From positions 86,430,001 to 86,494,000 of the forward strand of contig NC_045696.1 of the NCBI RefSeq assembly GCF_009834535.1: a stretch of DNA of 64,000 nucleotides, written 5' to 3'. The DNA comes from Camelus ferus. Its lineage: Eukaryota. The notes beneath the pieces were generated by a model, which saw only the letters and a program-made list of their open reading frames with translations, ran no database searches and was not told where the DNA came from. Position 1 is the first letter of the stretch. The number at the start of each line of letters is the position of its first letter. Position numbers and translations under genes: made by a program. Shown piece by piece: positions 39,241 to 53,294 of this stretch.

Positions 39241-39689
39241 TAGTATATTTAAGACAGTAAAGGGTTAAAACAGTGTAATTAAGTTCTGGTTCTTCAGTTA
39301 TTTTTCTGTAAAGAAAAAAAAAATGAGCTTCGGTACATGATAGTTCACTAGCCCATAACTGGGAGGTTAACAAGGGGAAAAACGACTTTGAAGCATGTGC
39401 TCAAAAGAACAATCTTTGATGGATAAAAGAAAGGTGAAGTAGATAGCCAAAGGAAAAATAAAGCCATTTCAAGAGAAGTGAGTTAGCCATATATTCAAGG
39501 TCATGACATTAAATGAATTCTTTTGGAGGATAATATGCTTTTCAGGGGCCCACCTTTTAACCCTACTTAACATTTTATTCTCTCATGTTGCATACCATTT
39601 ACCTTGACCTCTCTCAGATTAGTATAACATCTCCCAAAATAGGGCATGATGGACAAAACTGGCTAAAGGTTTGACTACTTAATAGTAAC

Positions 39690-39830
39690 CTTTGGAAGTA
39701 GAATGATTTTTTTTAAATCTCTATTTTATGGATGAGCAAAGTGAGCTTCAAAGAGGTAGAAGCACAGCCTCAAGGTCACATATTTAGTAGCAACAAAACT
39801 TCTGATTCAAATCCAAGTGTGCATTTTATT
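39690..39830 (-). mobile_element. MIR SINE
   Basis: 'attttatggatgagcaaagtgagcttcaaagaggt...caaggtcacat'. Confidence 0.75.
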
Positions 39831-40189
39831 GCCACCACCCTTGAATCTCTACTTTTTGAAAGCAAGCATCATCGTACTGCCTTTTATCCTCTACCGTGAC
39901 AATTTCTTGAAGCAGAGACTTTTAAAACCATGTTAATTCACTTATGCTTAGCTATGCCATTCTAAACATCCATTTTGTTTAGAATTAAAGTGAATACGTT
40001 TTATTACTTTTTCTTTCGAGACTGTCAATTAGTTGCTAATTATGAAGGCAGTTATTAGAATATTTTATATGAATATCTCACAATATTTCTTAAAGTAGCA
40101 ATATATTAAAATGTAAGATTAAGATTTGAAAACTATGTCTAATCTGGATAAAAAAAAAAGTGGAGGTTTTAAATGCCTTAACTATATAA

Positions 40190-41245
40190 TAAATTTGGCA
40201 CTGCATACCAGAGGAAAAATACCTCTGCTTTGTATCAAAATTCCAATTAAACCAAACATTTAAAATTGGAAAATTAGAAGCCTTAAAAGTATAAGAGAAA
40301 ACATGAAGCTATGTGCTTATATAAACACACATGTGCGTATGTTTTCTGTGCCTGGCATACGTGTTTCTCAGTGTAAATAATTCTTTCTACCTTTCTGCCC
40401 AGAAATCATACAAAGAAGAATAAAGCCCAGAAATTTCTCCAAGGAAAAGATTATTCACTATAAATAAAGCTGAAATAAAACTGAAAACACTGGGTGAGGG
40501 GGAGTTTATAAAGCTTACCAGAGATAAATGACAAATGGCTGTGATAGTATAAAAAGAACACTTAAAAATATGGAAAGGGTACAAACCTACAGTTCAGAGA
40601 AAAAGTACACTTAAATGGATCTTAAAGAGATAGGAAGATGCAGAACATAATTTATAATTACATAAATTTAAATTAAATTTGCAAGACTATTTTTTAATTT
40701 GTCAGGGAAAGATCAAGATTGATAATATATTATGTGATAGTGTATAAAAGCAGATACACTCCTACTTTTTTTAAAGTGAGAATATAAATTGTTTGGACAC
40801 TTAAAAAATAATTTAGGCACTGTCTGTGGAATTTAAAATGAGTATAATTTTGTAGCAGTATATTCCTTTACAGGAGTTTAGCCTACAGCTATTGTAAACT
40901 TGCACAAAATATCATACATTGAAGGACATCCAATATAAGCACTCTGTAATAACAAATGATTGGATTTAATATTAACATAAATGTATTATTAAATAATGAA
41001 GCATCAAATAAATTATAGGATTTTAATATATAACTATGCAGCTACTTAAAAGAATGAAACCCTTTTTTCTTTTTCCTTCCACATTTACGTTGAAAGCATA
41101 TCAAAGATTTATGATTAAGTAAAGAAAAAAAAAGGCAAGCACAATATAGTGCTGCACTGAAAGAATGGCTATATAAATACATTTGTGTACATTGTCATAC
41201 GCATGGAATACCTCTAGAAGAATACTGAACACTGGACAGGGACAT
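40190..41245 (+). mobile_element. L1ME3-type fragments (ORF2 end and 3' UTR)
   Basis: 'actatgcagctacttaaaagaatga', 'tgattaagtaaagaaaa', 'ctctagaagaatac'. Confidence 0.65.
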
Positions 41246-41729
41246 TACTATCCTAGACCTGACAATCAGGCCATGTCTCGGCTCCCCTCTAGTGCTGGGG
41301 GCCAGCTGCTATGGGTGTGCAAGAGGAGACTGAGAACCCTGTGAGGTTATTTTTGGTTTGGGATCACTCTAACCAAGATGTCCCAAGAATCTGTGGGATT
41401 TGCTGTATGTGCTCCTCCCTGGTCACAGGAGCATTTCTTTCCTCAGATCACATGGAACTGGACATCCAGGATGGTGCTTAATTTTAGTGACTCTCCAGCG
41501 AGACATAGGAGGAATTCTGGGCTAAAGGCTATCTATACCTGCCGACTCTGACCCAAACACCGAAGGGGCCTCTGTTAGTTTCACTTATGAATTCCTGCTG
41601 GGAGCTACAGCTTGATAATTCAGAGAAGGTATAGAAAATTGTTATTATCTCAAGATTATTGCTGTAGGTTTGGTGATAGAATCTTCATGACATTATATAT
41701 AAGGCATGTTTGTCAAGCATATACTTCTA

Positions 41730-41910
41730 TTTCAGAGAGACATGGTTTTAAGTATCACCTTAAGAACATTACTTATCCTCTCTAAAACTTCATTTTTCTT
41801 GTATATAAAGTGGCCATAATACTATGTGACATAAGTGTGATGGGTAGATTAGCAAGAATAATGAATCTAAATTATTTATACACAACAAATAATGAATAAA
41901 TGCATCATTT
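41730..41910 (+). mobile_element. MIR SINE
   Basis: 'acttatcctctctaaaacttcatttttcttgtatataaagtgg'. Confidence 0.6.
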
Positions 41911-43919
41911 TTTATATTAGGAATAATCTTATAGCAAACAAATGCCATAATTAGAAGTTGAGATTTTTTAAGGCATCTGCAAAATAAACAAATTCAGGTG
42001 AGAGTTTTGCTGTGGTTCATTTTAACTGTGTGATTCTCCCTTCAGAGAGATCACGCTTGGGCCAAATGGGATTCTAGTCATGTACCCTCTGGTAGTAGAA
42101 TGGAGTTCCACAAGTTTTGAACTATTTCTTCTCTTGATTCACCAAAAAAGAGAAATGTGGGAAACACTGGATATTAAGTAGTAACTATGCCAAAAGGACT
42201 AATGAAGGTCACAACTGAGAGGGGCAAAGAGCAAAGAGAAATCTGAATGAAACAAGAATCAAAATCACTGCCACAAATTAGTCTGTGAGATGTCCAGATC
42301 TTATTACAAATCTCTGGTTTTTCCTGTTTGAAAGGCTTACTTTTGGAGCACAGACTTAAATTAGAATTAATATAGTGTTTATTTAAAGAAAAAAGCATTA
42401 ATAATAAAGACACTTATGTTAAGCCTAGAACATGTAAAACCTTGCAGATCAAATAAAGAAAAGTGAAAAAGAATAAATGTTCTGTAATTTTTTGTCCTTT
42501 CTTCAGGTTTCTTCCACTCTTTTTTGCCAAACAATGTGACTACTCCATGTAATTCTCAACAGTATTCTTAACAATAACAATCCCAATGTTCTGTATGTAT
42601 TCATAGATGAGAGTATATTTCTTTTTTTTTCTTTTTGAGAGTACTATTTCTAAACTACTTTTATTAATTTCTTGTTTTATGAAATTTTTAAAGAAAAGAA
42701 CATACTGTTGTGTTTTTCCTTAGAACTTTAAAATTTCTAAAGCAAATAATCATCTGAAAAAAGTTACTTTCTCTGTTTCTGCTTCAACACATCTTTTCTA
42801 TATTTTAATTTTTCTCTTTAAATTTAGGCATATTTCCCAATAATCCTTAATTAATTTTACCTCCTTATGGCTAACTTGGCATGACTTGGCCAACTAATTT
42901 TGTCATTTTTTAAGAAGCAAAAATATATTAAATTTATTTTTAAATAATGCTATCCCATCATATGTTATAAATAAATCAATAAGTAGATTTCTTCACAGTA
43001 ATAATCTACATTGCAAGTAATTTTTTTCAACCTGACAAAGAATACAGTAATTGAAGCTGTTTCTACTATGATAGAATTTATCAGTGAAAGCAACCAGAAA
43101 GACCAACTAAGTGAATATAAATTATTCAAATGATGCTTGTTAGTTTAACAATAGACCATTAAATTATTCTTGGCTGGTTTTATTAATTTCCAGGTTTCCA
43201 TAATAATTTTTTCTGAAGAAAGGAATGATTTTTACTTTTGGAGAGATGATTCATTCAACAAAAATTTCAGTAACCACAGAGAAGACGAAATCAATACAGC
43301 AGCTAGTTAATTATACAAAACGATTCCTTGATGGAAATTTCCTTCTGCCTAACTGGGGAGCGGCTGTGCTGCATATTCTGAGTATTGATAGTTTTTTATT
43401 GGTTTTATAATTCACTAATATTTTAATCTCCTTGATGACGCATGTGGAAAGTAGTCTGCAGCCTTGTTAATTGAGATCAGTGTTCTGGAAAAAGTCAGAA
43501 CTAATAGCACATTCAATATTGCTTTCCTTACATCCTTAAATATCAAGACTAATATTATGTCAAAATACAACATCAAACAATAAAAATCACAGAGAAAAGC
43601 ATATGAAAAAGCAAATAAGAATCCTAAAGAAATACCAAAACTAGAATTTGCGGAAACCATCCATGGATATTTGTTTGAAATAAGATAAGCCTAATTCTTA
43701 ACACATTTACCAGTTCAAATGTAGTAAGAGTCCAATGTGTTTTGACCCTATATAATGGTGAAGGAAATGCACTGGCAAAGATTAAAATGTCTATTTTCAT
43801 GTAGTCTCAGCCTTTGCAATGCTGAGAACATGCTCAGCAATCCCCTGACCCTAAATTTTGGACTTTAAGACAGTAGACCCAAGACAACAGATTGCAGCTG
43901 TCTAGTAGAATTTCTAAGC

Positions 43920-44745
43920 GATCACTAACTTGAAAATTACCTTGCTCACCAGCTCCCCATTCCCACCCCTCACACTCAGTCCCCTTCCCACATTGAAGTA
44001 GGTACCAAATCCCTTTTCTCAAGTATTTTCACTTTTTCTGTTCTCCATGGCTGATACTTAGATTCAGGCCACTACGACCCCTCAGACTTTCAAATGAAGT
44101 TCTGTATCAAATGTGCAATCCATGTTCTGTAGTCCAATCTAACAACATCCAATCCATTCTCCACATTGAGTTAGGATACTCTTCCTAAAATACAAATGTG
44201 ATAATGTCATGACTGCTTAAAACCCTTCAGGTAAGCCACTTCAGTACCATGGCTTTTGGGGTAAATTCTACAGCATCTTAAAATGGCCCAAGAATTTTCT
44301 TACAGACTGATCCCAACTGATGCATAGAGCTGCTTCCCCTCCCACATACACTTTCATGCTCCAGTCATACCAAAATACTCTTAATTTTTCAAATGCACAG
44401 TGTTTGGGGACCATACTTGCTGTCTCCAAACCATTACACTCACTTCTTCCTCTGGCCACTCATATTCTCCTCTTTCCCACTCTTTATTTAGCATTCAGCC
44501 ATGTTTTCTAGCCAGCCTGCTCTGACCCCTTGAGAACTTTAGAAACCTTCTCTTTTATGCTCCTGTCCAATCTCAGTTTTACTCCTTTCCCAGTGCTTAT
44601 TCTAAAGAATTTAACATTAAGATTTGACTTGGACCCTGTTTGTTTTCTTATTTGTTTTGTTTTTATGTGTTTGTTTTTGATGTACTCACTGGACCAAACT
44701 CAGAACTTTGAACTCAGTCAGAACTCAATAAATACTTATTGAATC
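43920..44745 (+). mobile_element. LINE-2 3' part
   Basis: 'caatccattctccaca...cttcctaaaatacaaatgtgataatgtca...ctgcttaaaacccttcag' and the tail 'ctcaataaatacttattgaat'. Confidence 0.85.
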
Positions 44746-45737
44746 AGTCCTGAGCAACTGCAGGCTCCTTAACCCTAAAGCAAGTGCAAGGAAGGAAGGT
44801 GACAAAACTCTCAACTCACACTGCATTGCTGTCCGAATAAACCCACATATTTTTCTTCTCAAAACTTCTAAAAGACATTTTTTCTCCTAAATGCATAGAA
44901 TGATGTATCAAAATTAACAGCTCTGCCCCTCAATTATTTTTCTGCAGATGCGGTAAGGAGAGGCCAGGATCCACAGAGGCTAAAACTGGCCCCATTTCCA
45001 TCTTGCCTAGTTCAGATGGTACTCATGGTGTTTAAGAAGGAGTTAGTGTCTACATTCAAGAGTGCTCTAATTTTTGCAACCCTTGTCAAAGAAAAAGTGA
45101 TTTCAAAAAGGCAATGTCATTAAACATTCTTTCATCAAATCTTCTTTTTAAGGAAAATACTTTAAATTTTTATTTTGCTTTATTTTAGGAAGTTATTCTG
45201 CTAAATGGGTTGACAGTCAATACATACATAATGAGATTTTCATTTTCTTCACTGTAAGAACTATTTCTTAAATTTCTGGCCTACAACCTTAGTTTCATTT
45301 TTGAAGCTATTTGACAATTTAGTTATTATTCTTGGTAAACTCCTCAGTCATAGTTCCAAAAATAAATCACTCTAGTCAATGTTCCATCCATCCTTATAGC
45401 CATCAATCTCAGTGCAAAGAAAAAGAAAAAGCCTTCTACTTTGGGTAAAAGCTAAGCTGATCAAGTGTGAATGATTCAGCATCCTAATTACCTCCTCTCA
45501 AATACAAATTTATATAAATCAGTCTTTGTCTTAATCTGTTAGTCCCAGGGAGGGAGAGGTTACTTGTCCTAATAAAATGCAACTCCTCTGCACGGACCTC
45601 AATCCCTTTCTGACTGCATTTCCGCCAGGACCTTGCCCTGTCAGTCATCATGTAACATGTCTATATTGTCAGCTTCCCTTCTCTACTGGTCCTTTGCCTC
45701 CACTTCTAACAGGCTTTTGTCTTGCTCTTTGTGTTCT

Positions 45738-46126
45738 CATCTGGAGATTGGGGTCCTCTGCTTAGCTCATTCTAGCTGTTAACAGAATTCAGTTTCTTAC
45801 TGCCTATTGGTCAGGCTTCTTATCATTAGCTCCCTCCACCTTCAAAGTCAGAAATGAAGAATCTCTTGTGTTGAGATACCTATTACACTCTGATTGCTCT
45901 TTTCAGAAACTAGAGCCCAGCTTATTTAAGGCCATATCTAATTAGGGTAGTTCCACTGAGAATAACCTCCCAATCTTAAAGTTAACTGAGTTGGAACTTT
46001 AATACCTTAATTACATCTGCAAAATCCCTTAACAGAAGTATATCAGTATTGGATTAACTGGGAGAAGCTGTATATATACCGGAAATGGGGACTCTTGCGG
46101 GATAGCTTAGGATTCTGCCTACCATA
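45738..46126 (-). mobile_element. MaLR LTR (MLT1E2-like), partial
   Basis: 'cagaattcagtttctt...ccttcaaagtcag...ttaattacatctgcaaaatccctt...ttaggattctgcctaccata'. Confidence 0.85.
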
Positions 46127-47899
46127 CACATTTTATTTTATACTTGCTCCATTTTGTGCTTATTTAACCTAATTGTTTTACATGTTTTGTTACATAGTCT
46201 ATGGATTATTGCTTGTTCTTGAGTTTGAATTTTGCCTTCCTTCAACAATAGGAATGCTGTATTTCCTTCTTAACAAAAATCAAGAAAAGCTGCAGTATTT
46301 GCTAGATCTATCTCCATTGGGACTTATTTTTTGTCTAAATTTTGTCAGATTTGTGTATATAGGTTGACAAAAAACAAGAGGTTCACATGTTTATACCTGT
46401 AATCTGTCTCAAAAAAGCATTTTAGAATAGAATATAATTTATAACTTGTTCTTTTAAAAGACCACTTTAAACAATTGTTTATATTTAAATACTCTTTTAT
46501 CTAAAAACAGTTTCTGAAATGGTATACTAATATGTAACTGAACACTCTAAAAGATGTACAGGTGAATTTTACAGGTTTAGGAATTGGGTTTATCATGATT
46601 AAGCTGATACAAGTATTAACTAAGAACATTTTGAATGACAGATAAAGCATTGCTTTTACTAAGGAATGAAGACTCACATATCATTGTAGACATTTCATCT
46701 CCGACTCTTCAATGCTACAATTAACTGCTCTCAGTCTTAAAGGTACTGTGATTTTAGAGGAACACCACAAACCAAATAAATGGGAAGACAACTTTTAATG
46801 GTCCTCGTCTCTCCGGAGGCCTGTCGTCTTGATGTGAAACTGGCCTTATTCTGCTGAGAGACAAGGGAGGTCTTTCTTCAGGTCCAGTGGTGGCTCAGTG
46901 GCCTGCTGTGACCTCCCCTAAGTCAGTAGTTGTCAGCCAGTCTGTTGACTATCATTTGAGATAATAAATCTTGATCTTCACCATGGCAGAAGTCAATATC
47001 CACTTAAGTTAAGAAAAATCACAGTGTTTTCCTTTATTGTAAAACAGCAATTGCCTAGACCTTGCTCGACCTTATCAACTAATCCATTTCCTGTGGTGAA
47101 ACCCATTCTGACGTGGCTTTATTGGGTGAAAAGAATACTATAGATAGTCACTAAAATGTCAAGATGCTGTGATTTACCTCTCAAAAAACTGCTTCCACTT
47201 TAGATGTGGAGATTTTTACAATGAAATTTATAAACTCAGATTTACTGGCTTTACTATTATCTGTCACTTGGGTGAAGCAAAGTATTTATTCACTTGTATT
47301 TTATCTTTAAAAATATAATTGTACTTAGACATGACTGAATAACTGCTTTACTATTTATTAGCTATTTTGCCATGAGAATGATATTTAAAACTTAATCTTT
47401 CTGAGCAACAATTTCTTCATTTGTAAATTAGTAGTAATAATCATAATGTTACTAAAAATTAAATATTATAGTATTTCTAAATAATTTTTGGCATAGAACT
47501 CTAAAGAAGGCATATCATAAAAATAGATATTTTTTTTAATGCAGCTTAAATTCCTTACTCACTTACTGTGCACATATAGAGTTGAGACAGGTGTTACCTT
47601 TACCTGACATTTCAGATAGACTAATAACAAAGACCTCATATCAAAGTATTTTATGGCAATTTATCATGTTATTAATCCCTAATTCCAAACCAGCCAAGTA
47701 GTGATTGATCATTTTTTTCTTTTATTTAAATTATCTCATTTTAGGCATCCTTGTATTTTCTAGACATGGTTATTTTTGTTTCTTCAATTGTTGCAATGTA
47801 TTCAAAGTTTTACTCTGCTCTAGGGATTCCCTTTCTCCCCTATTCCATTTCATATGTCAAGGTTTAGCCAGAGCAATATTTTGAAAACAAACATTCTAG

Positions 47900-50400
47900 G
47901 TTTTCATAGAATAATGGTGGTTGCTGAGATCCATATCTCCACACTCTCAAAGGACACACATTATCAAACAAAAATGGCAAATTAAACTACTCACAGCTTA
48001 TACCTATTGATAGTAGGATAATATCCTAAAATAGCAAAGCATACTCTAGATACCATCCCAGAGATGGGCTAGGTGGAAATCGCACAGAAAATAGGAGGAT
48101 TGACTGAGTATGATGGTATGACTGCTGGGATTCACATTAAACTATATGCAGAAGAAGAGACCCACATAATTATAGAAAAATATTTGGAACAGGGATCATA
48201 TTTAGAGGTTCAGCTATTGGCAACTGGAGAATCAAAAGGAAGGGATGGAATTTGAAGTGTAGGAGAGGTACTGATTCCAGGGAATTGGGTTTACTTGAAT
48301 AGAGAAGGTGGCTCTTGGAAATTCAATGAAAAGGAAAAGAAGGAAGCAAAGGGTGGAAATGAATCAGACAGAACAAAATAGGATGACAAAAATCAGAAGA
48401 CAGGCAAATTTAACTCCTCAAAATAGCATAATTGATTAAGGAAACTGCACTTCATTTTACTAACAAAAGAAAGCATTCTTAAACTAAGAATTATAGTTCG
48501 CAATTCTAATAATCCTGTTACTATTAATTAAGAAAATACTGCATATCTCTATCATATTTTGATCCCTTCTTTATTTTTTGCTGGAACAAGATGTTTCAAG
48601 CTAATCTTGTATTTTTTCTGCACAAGTCCAGGAGTAAGCCATTTCTTCCAGGATGAAAGTGATCTCTAAAGAGCAACCAAGAGCAGAACAAAACTGAAGC
48701 AGTATACTGCAACCTAAATTATACATCTTTAAACAACAACTATTTATAGATATGCAAAAATACTTCAAATCAGAAATTCAAAAATTCATAAAAGACATGT
48801 GCAAGAGGAAAACATCTTAATGTAGAATAAGAGTTAAATAAATTTAGAAAGAAGAAATATTACAAAGGACAAAATCAAACCAGAAATAAATACTAAATTA
48901 CAAGTTTCTCAAGAGATAATAGATCAGACTAGAATTATACAAAGAAAAATTTCCAAAATGAATAGAAATGAAATTAAGGAAAAAAGATGTCAGATAGAAA
49001 GTGATAGATAAGTCAGGCAAAAATATCTAATAAGTATCTAATTGGAGTAACTGACAAAAGTGTTTTTAAAAATTACTTCCTATCCCCAAGTTGACCCAGA
49101 ATGGTTAACTCTCAGACACATACTAGCTAAACTATTAGATGTTAATAATAAAAATAAAATCTTTTGGTTTTGAGCTCCATGAAGAGAAGAATATCAGTTT
49201 ATCTCAGCCTTCTCTTCAGCAAACAGGCCATGAGTGAATGAATTTTTATGAAACTCCAGGAAAGAACATGGAAATGAAGAATTTTATACTGACTAAGCTG
49301 TTCTTCAAGTATCAGGACTATAGAGAAACAAACATTTTTAAGCATGCAAGACTTGAGGAAAAACTATATTCATGAATCTTTCCTTGAAGAGAACCAGGAG
49401 AAATACTTCACTAACTAGATGACAGAAAAATATTTTGCAAAAGGACTAAAGATGAGGATTAAATATGTTTAGAACTAACACTAAAACAACATGGAAATAA
49501 AGATGAAAGAATATTATAAAAATTTCAGATCCTATGACATAATGAGAAAATAAAATTGAACTGAAAATTGAGACAATAAGAGAAGAAACAACAGAAAAAC
49601 AGAAGAGTTAGATGATGCAGAGGTGTTAAATGCAATTCAAAAGATATCATTTAAAACTGATAAAACATTTGAAATTTAAGAAAAGCAAAAGAATACTGGA
49701 GCTTTATAAAAGGTAATGTTAAAAATGCTGGTAGATGAAATAAAACTTCCTTAAATACAAAAAAAAATTTTTTAAATATTAATTAAAAACATATAGAAAG
49801 AAAAAGAGTAAATACAAGCACAGCAAATGAAACATAAACCTATAAAAATATAATATAGTATGGCAGTGTAGGAATCAATAATTCCAATGGTATAAATACA
49901 TAGAGTTCTCTCCTATTTAATGAAAAAAAAATTAGATTACCATACATTGTAAGATCCAATTGCTGTATAAGTCTGACCTAAAAAAGGGATTCATAAAGAA
50001 GAAGAACAAATGATAAGCAATGTAAACAATAAAAAAGCAGGATTGTGATTCTGATAGTACTTCAGGTTGAATTTAGACCAAAAAAGATCTAACTGGACAA
50101 AGATGGGAGCTTTTTGATAATGAATTTGTAACAATTAAGAATATCTATACAGCAAATAAAACAATAAGCACCCCTATAAATCATAAAATTTTTTAAATAT
50201 AAGGACAAATAGACAGAACTACAAATAATTGAAAATTTCAACTCACCGCTCTCAGTCCAAGATAGATTAAGTGAATGAGAAAAAGTAAATCCATAAAAGA
50301 CCTAAACAACAAAACTAAGGCATTTTTATGTATAGATAATGAAGATTACAGCTTCCTCTAAAGCACAGATGGACCGCTAAAATGTTTTGTCACATATAAA
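47900..50400 (+). mobile_element. Old L1M (5' region, ORF1, start of ORF2), degenerate
   Basis: ORF1-like 'atctaattggagta' and 'agaattttatactgactaagctgttcttcaagtat'. Endonuclease-region 'gtaacaattaagaatatctatacagcaaataa'. Confidence 0.7.
48575..48655 (-). mobile_element. L1MC4/5-type fragment in opposite orientation
   Basis: 'acaagatgtttcaagctaatcttgtattttttctgc...agccatttcttccagga'. Confidence 0.7.
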
Positions 50401-50419
50401 ACCTCAATTAATTAAGTGA

Positions 50420-50680
50420 ATTTGTCATGTTACTTTATAAAACAATTTCCCACTTTGGGAGAATCAACCTGTTCTACCTCTTAAGTCTGGGCTTGACCTT
50501 ATGACTTATTTTTGATAGAGATCACAGCAGATATAATGCAAGAAGTCTGAAAAGCATTTGCAAATATGGCCTTGCTCTCCCCTTTCCCTTTTGTCATTGT
50601 CATAGATCATATTGAGGCTAAGTTGAGTGAGGATGGGAAAAATGTGAGTCAGCCAATTAGACCAGTTACCCTAAGCCACC
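50420..50680 (+). mobile_element. MaLR LTR fragment (MLT1H-like)
   Basis: 'tctgggcttgaccttatgacttatttt...aagcatttgc...gccttgctctc'. Confidence 0.6.
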
Positions 50681-50684
50681 TGGA

Positions 50685-52350
50685 GGAAAACAATGACTCC
50701 TAGGCTTGGAAAGGAAAAACACAAGATAAATCTGGGATATCTCGTTTCATCAGAAAGTAAAGAAATTATCAAAACCTGTTGGAGACATGCAGTGTAACGG
50801 ACCTGGCTTATACTGACTGTGAGAGCTGACTGTGCACATATTTTCCCAATTTCATCTTCAGGCTTATAATAGCTAATTGCAAATCGGTCTTCCCAACCTC
50901 ATGTTCAGTGCTGTCATGTTGGCATCTTAAAATCATCTATAGTAGGAGAATTTATATCATGGAAGTCAGCCAATACTTTAAATCTAGTACCTCCTCCCTC
51001 TTTTTTAGAGCCAAGTTACAAGTCTACCACTAAAGACATTACAACACAGAAGGATACAGGACTCAACTTGATAGGTCTCCTACTTGAGCAATCTGTAACA
51101 ATATGATTATCAAAACTAAAAAATGATAACACATTATAGCCAATTTAACAAAACATGAAGTTGTAAGTCCATAAATATGTAAGTTAGTTATTAAATAAAG
51201 AGGGGATAAAGAACACTTCATCCTTCAAGTAGGATGCCAAAAAAAAGTATAATGAAAGACACTGTAAATCAGTACTTGGAATCCTTCATTCTAAAAATTT
51301 ATTCAGCAAGGACCATCAATAGATGCTGTAATTAGTGGATGACCGTTTGGTGGAGAAAAAGATTTATACCGTCTCAAAATATAGCTCCACTACAGACTTA
51401 CAAGTAATAAAGGGAAAAGTAGTAACTTTATAGTGGAGAAGCATATAATCAAGGTGGACATCGTTAGTAATTGTTAAAACCAGCATCACATGACTTTAAA
51501 CGGCATCACCGAGAACACAATATTGTATTGGCAATATTCCAACATCAGACCACCATTAATTGTGGTTGATTCTACAAACATCTTGCACTCTTTAACAAAT
51601 GTCAATGTCAAGGTTACAGGGAGAAGCTCCTGAAAGCAAGTGCATGAAAGACAAAGACTAATTGCTCAATATTAAAGTAGACTAAAGAGATGTAACTCAA
51701 TGTAATATGCAGTTAGTGGTCCTGAATTGGAAACTGTATAGGTTTTTTCTTTCCATAAGTACTATATCTGGGACAAGTTGTGAAATCTAATTAAGACCTG
51801 TAGATTAGACAGTAGCAAGACTTGAGATCAGTAAATGTTTATCATTATGCTATGGCTATGTAAGAGAATAGGTTCTTGTGAAATACACTGAAGTTTGAGG
51901 GGTAAAAGGACATCATTTTTATAATTTTCTCTCAAATAGTTCAAAAAATAATGAGATCTATTTAGAGAGAATTACAAAGCACATTAGCGAAATGTTAATG
52001 ACTGGGGGGTTCTAGTGAAGGTTATACAAGGATTCATTGTATATTGTCCTCCTTATTCTTAGGAGACACATATTTAAAGTATTTAGAGATTTAGTACCTA
52101 AAGGTTAAATGTCACAATGTTTGAACACAGTACTTTAAAATAACTCTGCAAAAAGGAATATGTATAAATATAAATATATATATATACATGTGTAAATATA
52201 TATTACATAAATCTTTGTACACATACTTGAAACATAAGAGAAAATGTGTGCCCAAATGCAAACGAGCAGTGAGTTTAGGGAAGGCATATACAGACTGTCC
52301 ATTGTACCAAAATTTAAAAATTTCTGTACATCTAAAATTGTTCAAAATTA
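50685..52350 (+). mobile_element. L1MC/L1MD-type 3' UTR region
   Basis: 'aagggaaaagtagtaactttatagtggagaa', 'agactaaagagatg', 'tatggctatgtaagagaat...gaaatacactgaagt'. Confidence 0.75.
50790..51032. mobile_element. MER63A-like hAT-Blackjack element nested in L1
   Basis: CAGTG...CCACT ends. Degenerate 8-bp TSD gagacatg/aagacatt. Internal 'gagagctgactgtgcacat...ttcccaacctcatgttcagtg...aaatc'. Confidence 0.75.
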
Positions 52351-52649
52351 AAGATTAAATAAAATGATTAACTCTAGGGATTTGTTCAAAGCTCCTTAGT
52401 AGCTCTCTTGGCTTTCAGGGTGTGCATAGCTTCCAGACACAGCTGTCATTTGAATTTTAGGTTAGAAGTGACCTCCTCTATGAATTCTGTCCTAATTAAA
52501 CTTGATTAGTTGCTCTTCTGGTGTGGTTCCATAACATCCTTTTTTTTTTTTTTTACACTTGGATAGCTCAGTAAATAGATGATCAAATGATACATAAATC
52601 TATGGATAAATGGACAGAGAAATAGGTAAGTTATTGATACATAGTGACA

Positions 52650-52740
52650 GTGAGAGAGGGAGAGGGAAACAGATGTGGAGGAGAGAAAGGGAGAGAGAGG
52701 GTGAGAAAGGGAAAGAGAGGGAGGGAGGGGGGAGAGAGAC
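52650..52740. repeat. GA-rich polypurine tract
   Basis: Directly visible. Confidence 0.85.
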
Positions 52741-53294
52741 AGGTTGCTTGTATGTCTCTCCTACTAGATATTAAACTATCTATGTTTGGAATAATGTATT
52801 AATTTTTTCATATTCCTAAAGTATAGTAAACTGCTTATGTCCAAAAAGTGTTTAGCAAATAATTTCATAAGTGAATAAATCTATTTATGCACATGTTATA
52901 TACATATGTAAATAAATATAAAATGGTTGAAAAACATCTAAAATATTTTTGACAAGTAATTTTTACATAAGTCAATCTGAGAATTCTTGCAGATATATCT
53001 CAGAGGACCTCATCATAGGGTGGAATTAGATATAGAGAAAATATAGGAAGCCAAATATAAAGATTTCCATAACCCTGCCCATATACTATTGAAAAAGGTT
53101 TTTCATTTTTAGCTTTTGTATATTAATATTCGTAATGAGACTTCATTTGAAAAAAAAATTCTCCCATGGCTGAAACAAACAGAATACTCTTTATGTTTTG
53201 ATAAATTTCTTCTACAACATTCAGTGCCCTTCAATATGTGCCCCATATTCTTCATGCTCATATTCACATACTTCATGTACAAAAAAAATCTTCA

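Noticed and set aside
42507..42595. Plus-strand coding exon after a strong acceptor (ttttttgtcctttcttcag)
   Set aside because: Stops in all three frames and a weak donor.
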